Shown here: piece after piece, positions 15,305 through 23,108 of the stretch | Layout of the letters: every line of letters starts with the position of its first letter | Position numbering within the stretch: the first letter of the stretch is position 1 | Assembly: GCA_902798105.1 (NCBI GenBank) | Contig: CADBVG010000015.1 | Location: 4,916 to 68,915 of the forward strand | Direction of reading: 5' to 3' | From: an uncultured Eubacteriales bacterium | Lineage (GTDB): Bacteria; Bacillota; Clostridia; Christensenellales; Aristaeellaceae | DNA length: 64,000 nt | Program-made: the position numbers and the translations under genes | The notes under the pieces: model-generated | Database searches by the model: none | Told to the model about the DNA's origin: nothing | What the model saw: only the letters and a program-made list of their open reading frames with translations

Positions 15305-16990
15305 TTATTCTTGTGCTATCCTGTCCAGGCACCCGGAGATCCGCCGGGCGTAGTACACCAGCTGCCGCGCGTCGCAGCCGAACTGCTTCGCCAGTGTGGC
15401 GACGTCCGGCTGGGGGCCGTAGATCAGCATATAGCTGTAGGCCAGCGCCGCCGCGCCGCCGCCAACGCAGCGCACCGGGTCCACGGACGTGCCCCGCAGC
15501 TGCCGGTAGGCCGACCAAATCAGCAAAAGGTGGTTGAGTGCCGACAGCCCGTACTCCTGCTGGAGCACCTCGTCGGCATAGCGCACCAGCTGGCGCTCGC
15601 CCACGCCCAGCCGGGCCATCATCGCCTTCGCGTCGGGCATGAAGCCCGGGCCAAGGCCCGTCCTGGCCGGCATGATGGCCTCCGAATCGATGCCCTGCAT
15701 CCGAAGCACCAATGCCGCGTGGATCTTCAGGTCCCCCGGCACGCCCTCGTTGAACAGCAGCATCCGCAGCAGGCTCCGGGATTCCCGGTGATCGATGGTG
15801 GTCAGCGCGGTCATGGCCGCCCGGCTCAGTCGCGGGTCCTCGGCCCGCACCGCCCAACCCATCAGCTGCCGGAAGGCGGGGTCATCCCTCCATCGGGCCT
15901 CCAGCTGCTCGTAGCCCTGGCTCAACTGCTCCACCAGCGCCCGCAGGCGTCGCTCAAACTCCCTGCGTGGCACCTGGTAGCTGTAATCCGGGGCATCCTC
16001 GCCCAATCGCCCGTTCAGCGCGGCTTCCTGGTAGTACTGGGCCACGCTGTCTGCCGGGTCAATGCGCAGTATCCGCGCCCAGAAGCGGGCCACGCGGACA
16101 TCCGGCGTGCCTGTGCGGTACATGGCCACCGCCCGCATGTGCAGCAAATCCCGGTCGAAGGGGGCTTCCCGCAATGCCTGGCGCACGTAGGTTGCTACGT
16201 CGGCGTCCATGCCAAGCTCGCCCATCACGTAAATCATCAGGCGCAGGTCCTGGCCTCCGGGGCGCTCCTCCATAGCCCGGGATATCAATGTCCGGGCGCT
16301 ATGGGCGTCGCCGGACAGGGCAAACACCTGTGCGCTGACGCACAGGGCCTTCACCGAGGGCGGATAGCCCGCGGCGGCCCGCCCGGCCTGCTCCAGGGCC
16401 GCCTCCCGCCTGCCGCAGATCAGCAGCGCCATGGCGTACAGGGCCCGCATGTCGTACTGCTCCGAGGACATGTCCAGAGAGCGCTCGAACAGTCGGCACG
16501 CCTTCTCAGGCATGTCCGCCTTCATGGCGTCGCAGGCCCTGTTGGCGATGCAGCCCGCCCGGTACAGCTTCCGGTTGACGGGATGGTTGAGTTCGCCGAA
16601 GAAATCCAGCTCCGCTGCCAGCCGCCTCACCTCCTCCAGGTGGGCGCCCTCCGGGTCCCGCCGCCGGTACAGGCTCAGCGACCGCCGCGCGCCATTCAGG
16701 TCGTTCATGCCCAGCTGGTTCAGTGCGAGGCCGTAGTAGCATTCCGAAGGTCCGTCGCCCTCGGCCAGCATATCCAAGAGCAGCCGGGTGGACTGTTCGT
16801 GACAGCCCATCTCACAGTAGAGCTCCGCCAGATCCAGCCGGTATTCCCGGTTCTCCGGCGCGGCCTCCACAGCGCGGCGCAGCAACTCCAGCGCGTCCAC
16901 GATGTTATTCTCCCGGCGGTTCATCATGGCCCGGTGGTGCACATAGGCCGAGGACCGCTTGAAGGCGACGACTTTGAGATTCTTGTCCAT
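15305..16990 (-). CDS. TPR-repeat protein (about 560 aa)
   Basis: ORF 15305..17002 trimmed to MDKNLKVV. The N-terminal half has multiple TPR-like units (ALELLRRAVEAAPENREYRLDLAELYCEMGCHEQS...). The C-terminal half is unassigned. Confidence 0.8.
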   Translation of the reverse strand: MDKNLKVVAFKRSSAYVHHRAMMNRRENNIVDALELLRRAVEAAPENREYRLDLAELYCEMGCHEQSTRLLLDMLAEGDGPSECYYGLALNQLGMNDLNGARRSLSLYRRRDPEGAHLEEVRRLAAELDFFGELNHPVNRKLYRAGCIANRACDAMKADMPEKACRLFERSLDMSSEQYDMRALYAMALLICGRREAALEQAGRAAAGYPPSVKALCVSAQVFALSGDAHSARTLISRAMEERPGGQDLRLMIYVMGELGMDADVATYVRQALREAPFDRDLLHMRAVAMYRTGTPDVRVARFWARILRIDPADSVAQYYQEAALNGRLGEDAPDYSYQVPRREFERRLRALVEQLSQGYEQLEARWRDDPAFRQLMGWAVRAEDPRLSRAAMTALTTIDHRESRSLLRMLLFNEGVPGDLKIHAALVLRMQGIDSEAIMPARTGLGPGFMPDAKAMMARLGVGERQLVRYADEVLQQEYGLSALNHLLLIWSAYRQLRGTSVDPVRCVGGGAAALAYSYMLIYGPQPDVATLAKQFGCDARQLVYYARRISGCLDRIAQE

Positions 16991-17026
16991 TGATGCTCCC
17001 ATATAGCAGAAAATACCGAAGTCGGT

Positions 17027-17929
17027 TTATTTTAGCTCACCTTTGGCACTCGCCGCGGCCAGCAGGGCCTTGAGGTTGTCCTCGGTAAAGCGATAGCGCT
17101 TGTTACAGAAGTGGCAATCCACCTGGGCGCCGTGCTGGGTCTGGATCATATCGGTCAACTCCTCCGCCCCCAGGGTAATCAGCGCCCGTTCCACCCGCTC
17201 GCGGCTGCAATCGCAGGCATAGCGCACGTCCCGGCGCTCCAGCACCTGGGGCTGCAGGTGCAGAAGCAGCTGATTGACCGCGCCGTCCAGATGGTATTCC
17301 TTCATCGTGCCCGAGATGTCCATGAACATACCCGCGCTGGCCTCGATGGAGCGAATGGCCGCCTCGCTGGCCCCGGGCATCAACTGCACGATCAGCCCGC
17401 CAGCAGATTCCACCTTCCCGTTGCTGACCAGCACCCCCAGCGACACCAGCGAGGGCGTCTGTTCGGAGGCGGTAAAGTACATGGCGAAGTCTTCGGCGAT
17501 CTCGCCGGAGACCAGGTTCACCTGGCCCACGTAGGGCTCCCGAAGGCGCAGGTCCTTGATGACGGACAGGCGGCCGCTCTTGCCCACCGCGGCCCCCACG
17601 GGCAGCTTCGGACCGGTGCGGGGCAGGTCGATGGCCGGGTTGTCCACATAGCCCTTCACCGAGCAATCCGCACCGGACACCGCCAACACCGTGCCGATGG
17701 GGCCGCCGCCCTTGATGGAGGCCGTGACGCTCTCGTCCCGGCCCTTGAGCATGCTGCCCATCATGGCCGTGGCCGTTAGTGTGCGCCCCAGCGCCGCCGT
17801 GGCGATCTTGGAGAGGCCGTGGATGTCCTTGGCCCGCTGCACCACCTGGGTGCTCTCGGTCAATATGGCACGGGCCTGCCCTTCCAATAGGGATATGTGC
17901 AATATGCCATCCTGATTCATAACGCTCAT
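17027..17929 (-). CDS. hslO: Redox-regulated chaperone Hsp33
   Basis: Full-length Hsp33 pattern including the C-terminal zinc centre CDCSRERV...CHFCNKRY. AAGGAG RBS. Confidence 0.95.
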   Translation of the reverse strand: MSVMNQDGILHISLLEGQARAILTESTQVVQRAKDIHGLSKIATAALGRTLTATAMMGSMLKGRDESVTASIKGGGPIGTVLAVSGADCSVKGYVDNPAIDLPRTGPKLPVGAAVGKSGRLSVIKDLRLREPYVGQVNLVSGEIAEDFAMYFTASEQTPSLVSLGVLVSNGKVESAGGLIVQLMPGASEAAIRSIEASAGMFMDISGTMKEYHLDGAVNQLLLHLQPQVLERRDVRYACDCSRERVERALITLGAEELTDMIQTQHGAQVDCHFCNKRYRFTEDNLKALLAAASAKGELK

Positions 17930-17951
17930 TCAAGAATGCTCCTTATCGATA

Positions 17952-18698
17952 TTATTCCCGGATGGCCGCGATGTGAATGCGCGGTTCATCCGCTGCGGGC
18001 GAATCAAATCGCCGGTCGCCGAATACCTGCACGCCCGCGAAGCCGCAATCCGCCAGCAACGCCACAAGGTGTTCCGGGTCATGGGCCTTTTGCACATGCA
18101 GCTCGTCGAATCGTCGATAGCGCCCGTCGCGCTCCTTCGTAAAGAAGGTCAGATCCATGGTGACGGTCCCGGCGGCTTCGTCAAACCGGTTGCTCCAAAG
18201 GTAGGCGATGTCTCCCCGGTCCTCGCCAAAGAAGTTGTCGCCCAGGGTCCGGCTGAGCTTGAAGGCCGACGAGATGTCGAAGGCCAGCGCGCCGCCGGAC
18301 TTCAGGGATTCTCTTGCACGGCCGAAGAAGGCCCGCAGGCGCTCGTCGTCCAACAGGTAGTTCACGCCGTCACAGGCGCACACCAGCGCGTCCACCGGCC
18401 GGGGCAGCGCCAGGGCACACATATCCTGGCAGACGAACATCGCCTGTACGCCGTACTTCAGCGCCTTTCTCCGAGCCAGCTCCAGCATGTCGCCGGAAAG
18501 ATCCACGCCCGTCACCCGCAACCCCCTCCGGGCAAAGCGCACGGACATGGAACCGGTGCCACAGGCGCAGTCACACAGCGTGCGGGGCTGTACACCCATG
18601 CGCCCGATCAGGGCGAGGTAGTATTCGGCCCAGGCGTCATAATCGACATCGTCCATCAGCGCGTCGTACAACCCGGCAAAAGCTTCGTAAGCTGGCAT
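17952..18698 (-). CDS. Class I SAM-dependent methyltransferase
   Basis: ORF trimmed to MPAYEAFAGLYD (AGGAGG RBS). Motif I is LCDCACGTGSMS. Confidence 0.85.
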   Translation of the reverse strand: MPAYEAFAGLYDALMDDVDYDAWAEYYLALIGRMGVQPRTLCDCACGTGSMSVRFARRGLRVTGVDLSGDMLELARRKALKYGVQAMFVCQDMCALALPRPVDALVCACDGVNYLLDDERLRAFFGRARESLKSGGALAFDISSAFKLSRTLGDNFFGEDRGDIAYLWSNRFDEAAGTVTMDLTFFTKERDGRYRRFDELHVQKAHDPEHLVALLADCGFAGVQVFGDRRFDSPAADEPRIHIAAIRE

Positions 18699-18742
18699 GG
18701 TCCGCCTCCTGGATTCGATAATTATATACTGAACCAAGATAT

Positions 18743-18771
18743 ATATTACCACATTTTCATGGTAAATTCAA
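18743..18771 (-). promoter_or_regulatory. Sigma-A type promoter for the methyltransferase-hslO-...-dus string
   Basis: Minus-sense TTGAAT, 17 nt, TGgTAATAT (extended -10). Confidence 0.5.
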
Positions 18772-18812
18772 TTCTTCCGGGGCATTGTCAGGAATGTTTT
18801 CCCATATAGTAA

Positions 18813-18951
18813 CTGTTCAGTCATCGGCGGAGTAGCGGAATCGCGCGCGCTTCCCGCCCACGAGATGGCGCCGCCGCAACGAAAAAGCCTGTACCGGCGG
18901 TTCCTGGGCCGCCACAGAAGCTACAAATACATTCAGGGCTGGGCTGAACAG
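18813..18951. repeat. Family C GC-rich hairpin repeat, copy 2
   Basis: CTGTTCAGTCATCGGCGG ... CCTGTACCGGCGGTTCCTGGGCCGCCACAGAAGCTACA ... CTGAACAG, with 8-bp terminal inverted repeats. The core matches 12029-12066. Confidence 0.8.
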
Positions 18952-19044
18952 CTACCCCAAATAACGCAATTCTAACCAGAACGACTCGAACCCATGTCGT
19001 CCATTTGATATGATTGCCTGAGAACAAGGAATATGGTGATTAAA

Positions 19045-19698
19045 ATGAAATACAAGCTTGTGATATTTGACCTGGACGGAACGCTGCTGGACACGCTGGA
19101 CGACCTGACCGAAGCGGTGAACCATGCGCTTGGACGACAGGGTTTTCCCCTGCGCGCGCGGGAGGAGGTGCGACGCCTGATTGGCAACGGCATCGCCAGC
19201 ACCATTCGCCGGGCGATCCCCGAGGGCTGTGATGACGACGTATTTCAGCGGACTTTGTCCGATTTCAAGGATTATTACCTCTCCCACGTGAACGTGCATA
19301 CCCGCCCCTACAACGGTATTCCGGAGCTGTTGGACGCCATGGACAGCGTCGGGATCCAAGCGGCGGTAAATTCCAACAAGGTGGAGAGCGCCACCCAGGC
19401 ATTGTGCAGGGCCCATCTATCGGGAAAGCTGGCCTGCATACTGGGCGAACAGCCGGACATACCCAAAAAACCCGCCCCGGACGGCGCCCTTCAAATCATG
19501 CAAACGCTGGACGCGAAGCCCGATGGCACGCTGTACGTGGGCGACGGCGAGACAGACATTCAGACCGCGGTAAACGCCGGCATCGACTGTGCCTGGGTGA
19601 GCTGGGGCTATCGCAAAGCATCGGAGCTGGGCGGACTCGCCGTCCCCCATGCGTTTGCGACGGTCCAGTCGCTGCAGGCGTATATCCTTGGCAATTGA
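19045..19698 (+). CDS. HAD-IA hydrolase (phosphoglycolate phosphatase-like)
   Basis: DxDGT motif (LVIFDLDGTLLDT), NSNK and the VGDGETDIQTA motif IV. ORF trimmed to MKYKLVIF. Confidence 0.85.
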   Translation: MKYKLVIFDLDGTLLDTLDDLTEAVNHALGRQGFPLRAREEVRRLIGNGIASTIRRAIPEGCDDDVFQRTLSDFKDYYLSHVNVHTRPYNGIPELLDAMDSVGIQAAVNSNKVESATQALCRAHLSGKLACILGEQPDIPKKPAPDGALQIMQTLDAKPDGTLYVGDGETDIQTAVNAGIDCAWVSWGYRKASELGGLAVPHAFATVQSLQAYILGN

Positions 19699-19719
19699 AC
19701 GGACCCTTTCACAGTATGC

Positions 19720-19787
19720 ATAAGATCCTTCGCTCCGCTCAGTATGACACGACGATCTGTCAACCTGACCGGAGCGAAGGATCTTAT
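19720..19787. repeat. Family B hairpin repeat, copy 2
   Basis: Perfect 18-bp arms ATAAGATCCTTCGCTCCG / CGGAGCGAAGGATCTTAT around a 32-nt loop that begins CTCAGTATGACACG. Confidence 0.9.
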
Positions 19788-19803
19788 TTCATTGGATTGC
19801 GCA

Positions 19804-19953
19804 TTAAGGAAATACCGCACAATACGGCGGCGCATCTGGCGGTGCCTTTTCCGACATCTGCTGCTTGCAGATTTCTCGATTTACCGCCAGTAAACCTTCT
19901 GTCGAAAAATTCACTCGCCAGCTGACCACCTTAATTGCGCGGTATTTCCTTAA
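19804..19953 (-). repeat. Family A TIR-bounded repeat, copy 2 (150 bp, inverted)
   Basis: The reverse complement equals copy 1 except for one A/G change and an 18-bp deletion (TGCAATTGCAGATTTCGA). Flanked by TTAA on both sides. Confidence 0.95.
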
Positions 19954-20570
19954 GCGTTTGGGTTTTCCGCAATTTCCTGCAGAATGGCATTGACCAGCGC
20001 CGCTGTGGTCTGAACGCCGCCCTTTTTACCACGCACGACGATGGATGTGAGGTCGCTGTCCATCAGGCGCTCCTTCATCTGCACGACGCTGGCGAAGCCG
20101 GTGGGCGCGGCCAGCACGCACACATCGCTGAGGGGCTCATGCTGTCGCCGGATGATAATGCGGTTGATCGCGGCAGGCGCGCTGCCCACCACCATCAGCT
20201 TGGGCCCGGGTACGGCCAGGCCATAGTCCACAGCCACCTCAGCACGGGTCACATGGCGCTGCTCCGCCAGGGACACCACGTGGGGATCGTCGATGAAGCA
20301 CACGATCTGTGTGCCATGGTTGCCGAGCAAGCCAGGATTGATGTCGTTCACCAGCAGCATGGTATCGGTGATGATGGTTCCGCCCAGCTCGATCAGCCTT
20401 CGGATATGGGTCATCGCCGTAGGGCCAAAATATACACTCTGGGACAACGCCGGATCCTTGGTTTCTTCCTCGACTTTTTTCATAATATTGACTACATTTG
20501 GGTTTACATACGAGGTTCCGCTGCGGTGCCTGCCGTCCAACCCCTTTGATCTTTTAAACAATTCTGCCAC
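19950..20570 (-). CDS. CbiC/CobH (precorrin-8X methylmutase) family protein, orphan
   Basis: The C-terminal two thirds align by eye to CbiC (IITDTMLLVNDINPGLL; CFIDDPHVVSLAEQRHVTRAEVAVD; LMVVGSAPAAINRII; APTGFASVVQMKERL...RGKKGGVQTTAALVNAIL). The start is uncertain: a GTG at 20570 with a poorly spaced RBS. Confidence 0.75.
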   Translation of the reverse strand: MAELFKRSKGLDGRHRSGTSYVNPNVVNIMKKVEEETKDPALSQSVYFGPTAMTHIRRLIELGGTIITDTMLLVNDINPGLLGNHGTQIVCFIDDPHVVSLAEQRHVTRAEVAVDYGLAVPGPKLMVVGSAPAAINRIIIRRQHEPLSDVCVLAAPTGFASVVQMKERLMDSDLTSIVVRGKKGGVQTTAALVNAILQEIAENPNA

Positions 20571-20623
20571 TCCATTTCAATACAGCCCGTGGTATAATCA
20601 TCCTTTTTAGACCGCTCATTTTT

Positions 20624-20652
20624 ACTATACAACTTCCATGGTATTTAGTCAA
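20624..20652 (-). promoter_or_regulatory. Candidate promoter for the CbiC-like gene
   Basis: Minus-sense TTGACT, 17 nt, TATAGT. Confidence 0.4.
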
Positions 20653-20790
20653 GGAACATGAATAATTTCTTTCGTTAATAATTTGGACTATGTGTAACAC
20701 TGTCAATTCGTTTCCCGTCCCGGTAACCCTTTTCGCCGGTGTACGCAAGGGTGTCGGCGTCAATGAGTCTAAATTTAATCAATTCAACTA

Positions 20791-20819
20791 TTGACAACAC
20801 TCCTGTTTTGCGGTATAAT
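20791..20819 (+). promoter_or_regulatory. Consensus sigma-A promoter of tRNA-Trp
   Basis: TTGACA, 17 nt, TATAAT. The -10 ends 19 nt before the tRNA 5' end. Confidence 0.8.
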
Positions 20820-20838
20820 CCATGTGTTCGCAAGAGAT

Positions 20839-20909
20839 AGGGGCATGGTGTAATGGTAACACGTGGGTCTCCAAAACCTTTGTTGTGAGTTCGAATCTTA
20901 CTGCCCCTG
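20839..20909 (+). tRNA. tRNA-Trp (anticodon CCA)
   Basis: AGGGGCA TG GTGT AATGGTA ACAC G TGGGT CTCCAAA ACCTT TGTT GTGAG TTCGAAT CTTAC TGCCCCT G. This is a cloverleaf with a CCA anticodon, close to Bacillus tRNA-Trp. The 3' CCA is not encoded. Confidence 0.9.
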
Positions 20910-20916
20910 CTGGTTT

Positions 20917-20953
20917 AGGACACAGTTTCGACGAGAGGCTGTGTCCTTTTTTC
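20917..20953 (+). terminator. Rho-independent terminator after tRNA-Trp
   Basis: AGGACACAG ..13 nt.. CTGTGTCCT followed by TTTTTT. Confidence 0.85.
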
Positions 20954-20991
20954 GACCCATATCGATGACAGTATAATTGAGGATTTGGAAT

Positions 20992-22395
20992 ATGACGATC
21001 GAGAGGAGGAGCCTCTTCGGCTCGTGGGAGTTTTATCGCAAGGCGCTGGCCATCGCGCTGCCGATCATGCTGCAACAACTGATCCAAAGCCTGGTATCGC
21101 TGATCGACAACTTCATGGTCTCCGGCCTGGGGGATATCTGCATGTCCGGCGTGAACGTCGCCGGGCAGGTGCTGTTCGTGTTCATGGTATTCATCAACGC
21201 CATTTGCATGTCCGGCGGCATATTCATGACCCAGTTCTTCGGCGCAAGGAACCCGGAGGGCATGGGACAGGCCTTCCGCTTCAAACTGGTGGCGGGGTTG
21301 GCGGCGTTCGTCCCCTACCTTCTGGTCACCCTGGTTTTTCCCCGCCAGGTCCTTTCGTTGATGCTGATCGGCAACACCCAGGCCGAGCTGATCCTGGACG
21401 AAGCCGTGCAATACATGCGCATCATGTTCTGGGTCGGCATTCCGATGACGGTATCCATGAGCATCGCCAGCTCCCTGCGAGACCTTGGCCAGGTGAACAC
21501 GCCGCTGGTGGTAACCGTCATCGCCACGCTGACCAACACGGTGTTCAACTGGCTGCTGATCTACGGCCATCTGGGCTTCCCGGCGCTAGGCGTGCGAGGC
21601 GCGGCGTTGGCCACAGTCATTGCCCGGGTGGTGGAGCTGTTGCTGTTCATCGGCGTGTACATCCGCACAAAGCCCGCCTTCGCTGTAAAGTCCACCGAAC
21701 TGCTCAAGATCGACCGCCCGCTGTTCAAAAGCATACTCAGAAAGAGCGCGATGGTGCTTTTCTGCGAGATGGTGTGGGTGATGTCGGAGACGGTGACCAC
21801 GGCGCTGTACAACGGCAGGGGCGGCGCGGACGTGGTTTCCGGCATGGCAGCCAGCTTCGCCATCGCCAATCTGTATTTCGTAGCCTTCGGCGGCGTCTAT
21901 TCCGCTACCGGCGTGCTGCTGGGGAAAACCCTTGGCGAAGGCAACCTGGAAAAGGCCCGTCGGGAGAAGACCTGGCTGCTTTCCGGCACAGCGGTGTTCG
22001 GCCTGGCGATGACGGGTTTTGGTTTCGCCACCACGCTGCTGGTGCCCATCGTGTTTGGTCGGCTCAGCGACAGCGCCATTACGCTGTGCAAGCAGATGGT
22101 GATGACGATGTCCCTGTTCATGGTGCCATGGCTGTACATGAACACCCAGCAGGCCATTGCCAGGGCCGGTGGCGACACCGCCATGGGGGCCTTTACCGAC
22201 GCGGGGCTGACCATCTTCGTGATGACGCCAATGGTGTTCGCACTGGCGCTGTTGACCGATGTCGGTCCGGTAGTATTGTATTGCGGTGTCAAACTGGTGG
22301 ACGTGGTCAAGGTCGTGGTGTTCCACTTCTGGCTGAAGAAGGAGCGATGGCTGAAGAACCTGACAAATCGGGAGGCAATCACAGAAACGCCATAG
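20992..22395 (+). CDS. MATE family efflux transporter
   Basis: ORF trimmed to MTIERRSLF (GAGGA RBS). 12-TM MATE pattern (ALPIMLQQLIQSLVSLIDNFMVSGLG...). Confidence 0.9.
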   Translation: MTIERRSLFGSWEFYRKALAIALPIMLQQLIQSLVSLIDNFMVSGLGDICMSGVNVAGQVLFVFMVFINAICMSGGIFMTQFFGARNPEGMGQAFRFKLVAGLAAFVPYLLVTLVFPRQVLSLMLIGNTQAELILDEAVQYMRIMFWVGIPMTVSMSIASSLRDLGQVNTPLVVTVIATLTNTVFNWLLIYGHLGFPALGVRGAALATVIARVVELLLFIGVYIRTKPAFAVKSTELLKIDRPLFKSILRKSAMVLFCEMVWVMSETVTTALYNGRGGADVVSGMAASFAIANLYFVAFGGVYSATGVLLGKTLGEGNLEKARREKTWLLSGTAVFGLAMTGFGFATTLLVPIVFGRLSDSAITLCKQMVMTMSLFMVPWLYMNTQQAIARAGGDTAMGAFTDAGLTIFVMTPMVFALALLTDVGPVVLYCGVKLVDVVKVVVFHFWLKKERWLKNLTNREAITETP

Positions 22396-22435
22396 AACGA
22401 GCGACGGTTTGAAAGCCGTCGCTCGTTCTATGGCG
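22388..22435. terminator. Bidirectional hairpin between the convergent MATE and esterase genes
   Basis: 20-bp arms CGCCATAGAACGAGCGACGG / CCGTCGCTCGTTCTATGGCG, followed by TTTTC. The 5' arm contains the MATE stop codon. Confidence 0.7.
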
Positions 22436-22438
22436 TTT

Positions 22439-23104
22439 TCACCCCTCCAGCATCCAGGCGATGGCCCTGGCCATGCGACCGTTGGGGTCGTTGAAATGGC
22501 CGCCTGGGTTCAGCTCAAATGCGGTTCGGATGCCCGCGCCGCGGTAGAATTCCGCCAACATGCGGGTGTTCTCCTCCACGGGGCGCATCAGCGGATTGCG
22601 TGTCTTTCCCTCCCTGTCGCCCAGGGACAGGTAGAGGGCGTCCGGTCGCCTCGCGGGCGCATGGTTCTTGACGAATTCCGCAAAATCCGGATACCACAGC
22701 GAGCCCGAGGCGCTTGCGACACGGGCAAACAAATCCGTCCTGTACATCGCGTAAAGCGCAAATAATCCTGCCAGAGAATACCCCGCCAGGGCAATATATT
22801 CAGGCGCAGAGGGAAGACCGCTGCTGATCTCAGGCAGAATCCGCTTTGCCAGCAATTCAATGTAGGCGTCCGCTTGCCCCGCGCAGGGGGCTCCGCCCTT
22901 CATGATCGGCGGGATGGGCCAAGGCGTCAGGTCGTCCTCCCAGCGCAGGCCGCTGACGGCCGCCAGCGTGAAATCCACATTCGTCAGGCCCTTTACAGCC
23001 GCATGGACCGTCGCGCCCTCGCCCGCTTCCCCATTGAGCACCACCAGCGGCGCGCCGGATTTTTCGGACAGGAACAGCTCAACGTTCTTTCCCCAGATGT
23101 TCAT
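22439..23104 (-). CDS. Alpha/beta hydrolase, esterase family
   Basis: Nucleophile elbow GYSLAG. Putative-esterase (enterochelin-esterase-like) layout with a C-terminal GGH. Confidence 0.8.
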   Translation of the reverse strand: MNIWGKNVELFLSEKSGAPLVVLNGEAGEGATVHAAVKGLTNVDFTLAAVSGLRWEDDLTPWPIPPIMKGGAPCAGQADAYIELLAKRILPEISSGLPSAPEYIALAGYSLAGLFALYAMYRTDLFARVASASGSLWYPDFAEFVKNHAPARRPDALYLSLGDREGKTRNPLMRPVEENTRMLAEFYRGAGIRTAFELNPGGHFNDPNGRMARAIAWMLEG

Positions 23105-23108
23105 ACAA

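Noticed and set aside
15227-16993. 588-aa plus-strand ORF opposite the TPR and HEAT genes
   Set aside because: Arg/Pro/His/Gly-rich nonsense translation with no RBS. The opposite strand encodes coherent repeat proteins. This is a GC artefact.
18970-19005. tRNA-like T-arm string GGGTTCGAGTC on the minus strand
   Set aside because: The flanking bases do not form a T-stem, an acceptor stem or an anticodon arm. This is an isolated chance match.
20554-20763. 69-aa minus-strand ORF upstream of the CbiC-like gene
   Set aside because: It overlaps the candidate promoter and leader, has no RBS and is AT-rich with an odd composition. It overlaps the start of the better-supported CbiC-like ORF.
20571-20790. 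Cobalamin riboswitch upstream of the CbiC-like gene
   Set aside because: I read the minus-strand leader looking for the B12 box (GCCACTG-like) and the conserved GGTG/AGGGAA core and found neither. The region is AT-rich with only promoter-like hexamers. A cmsearch would be needed for certainty.
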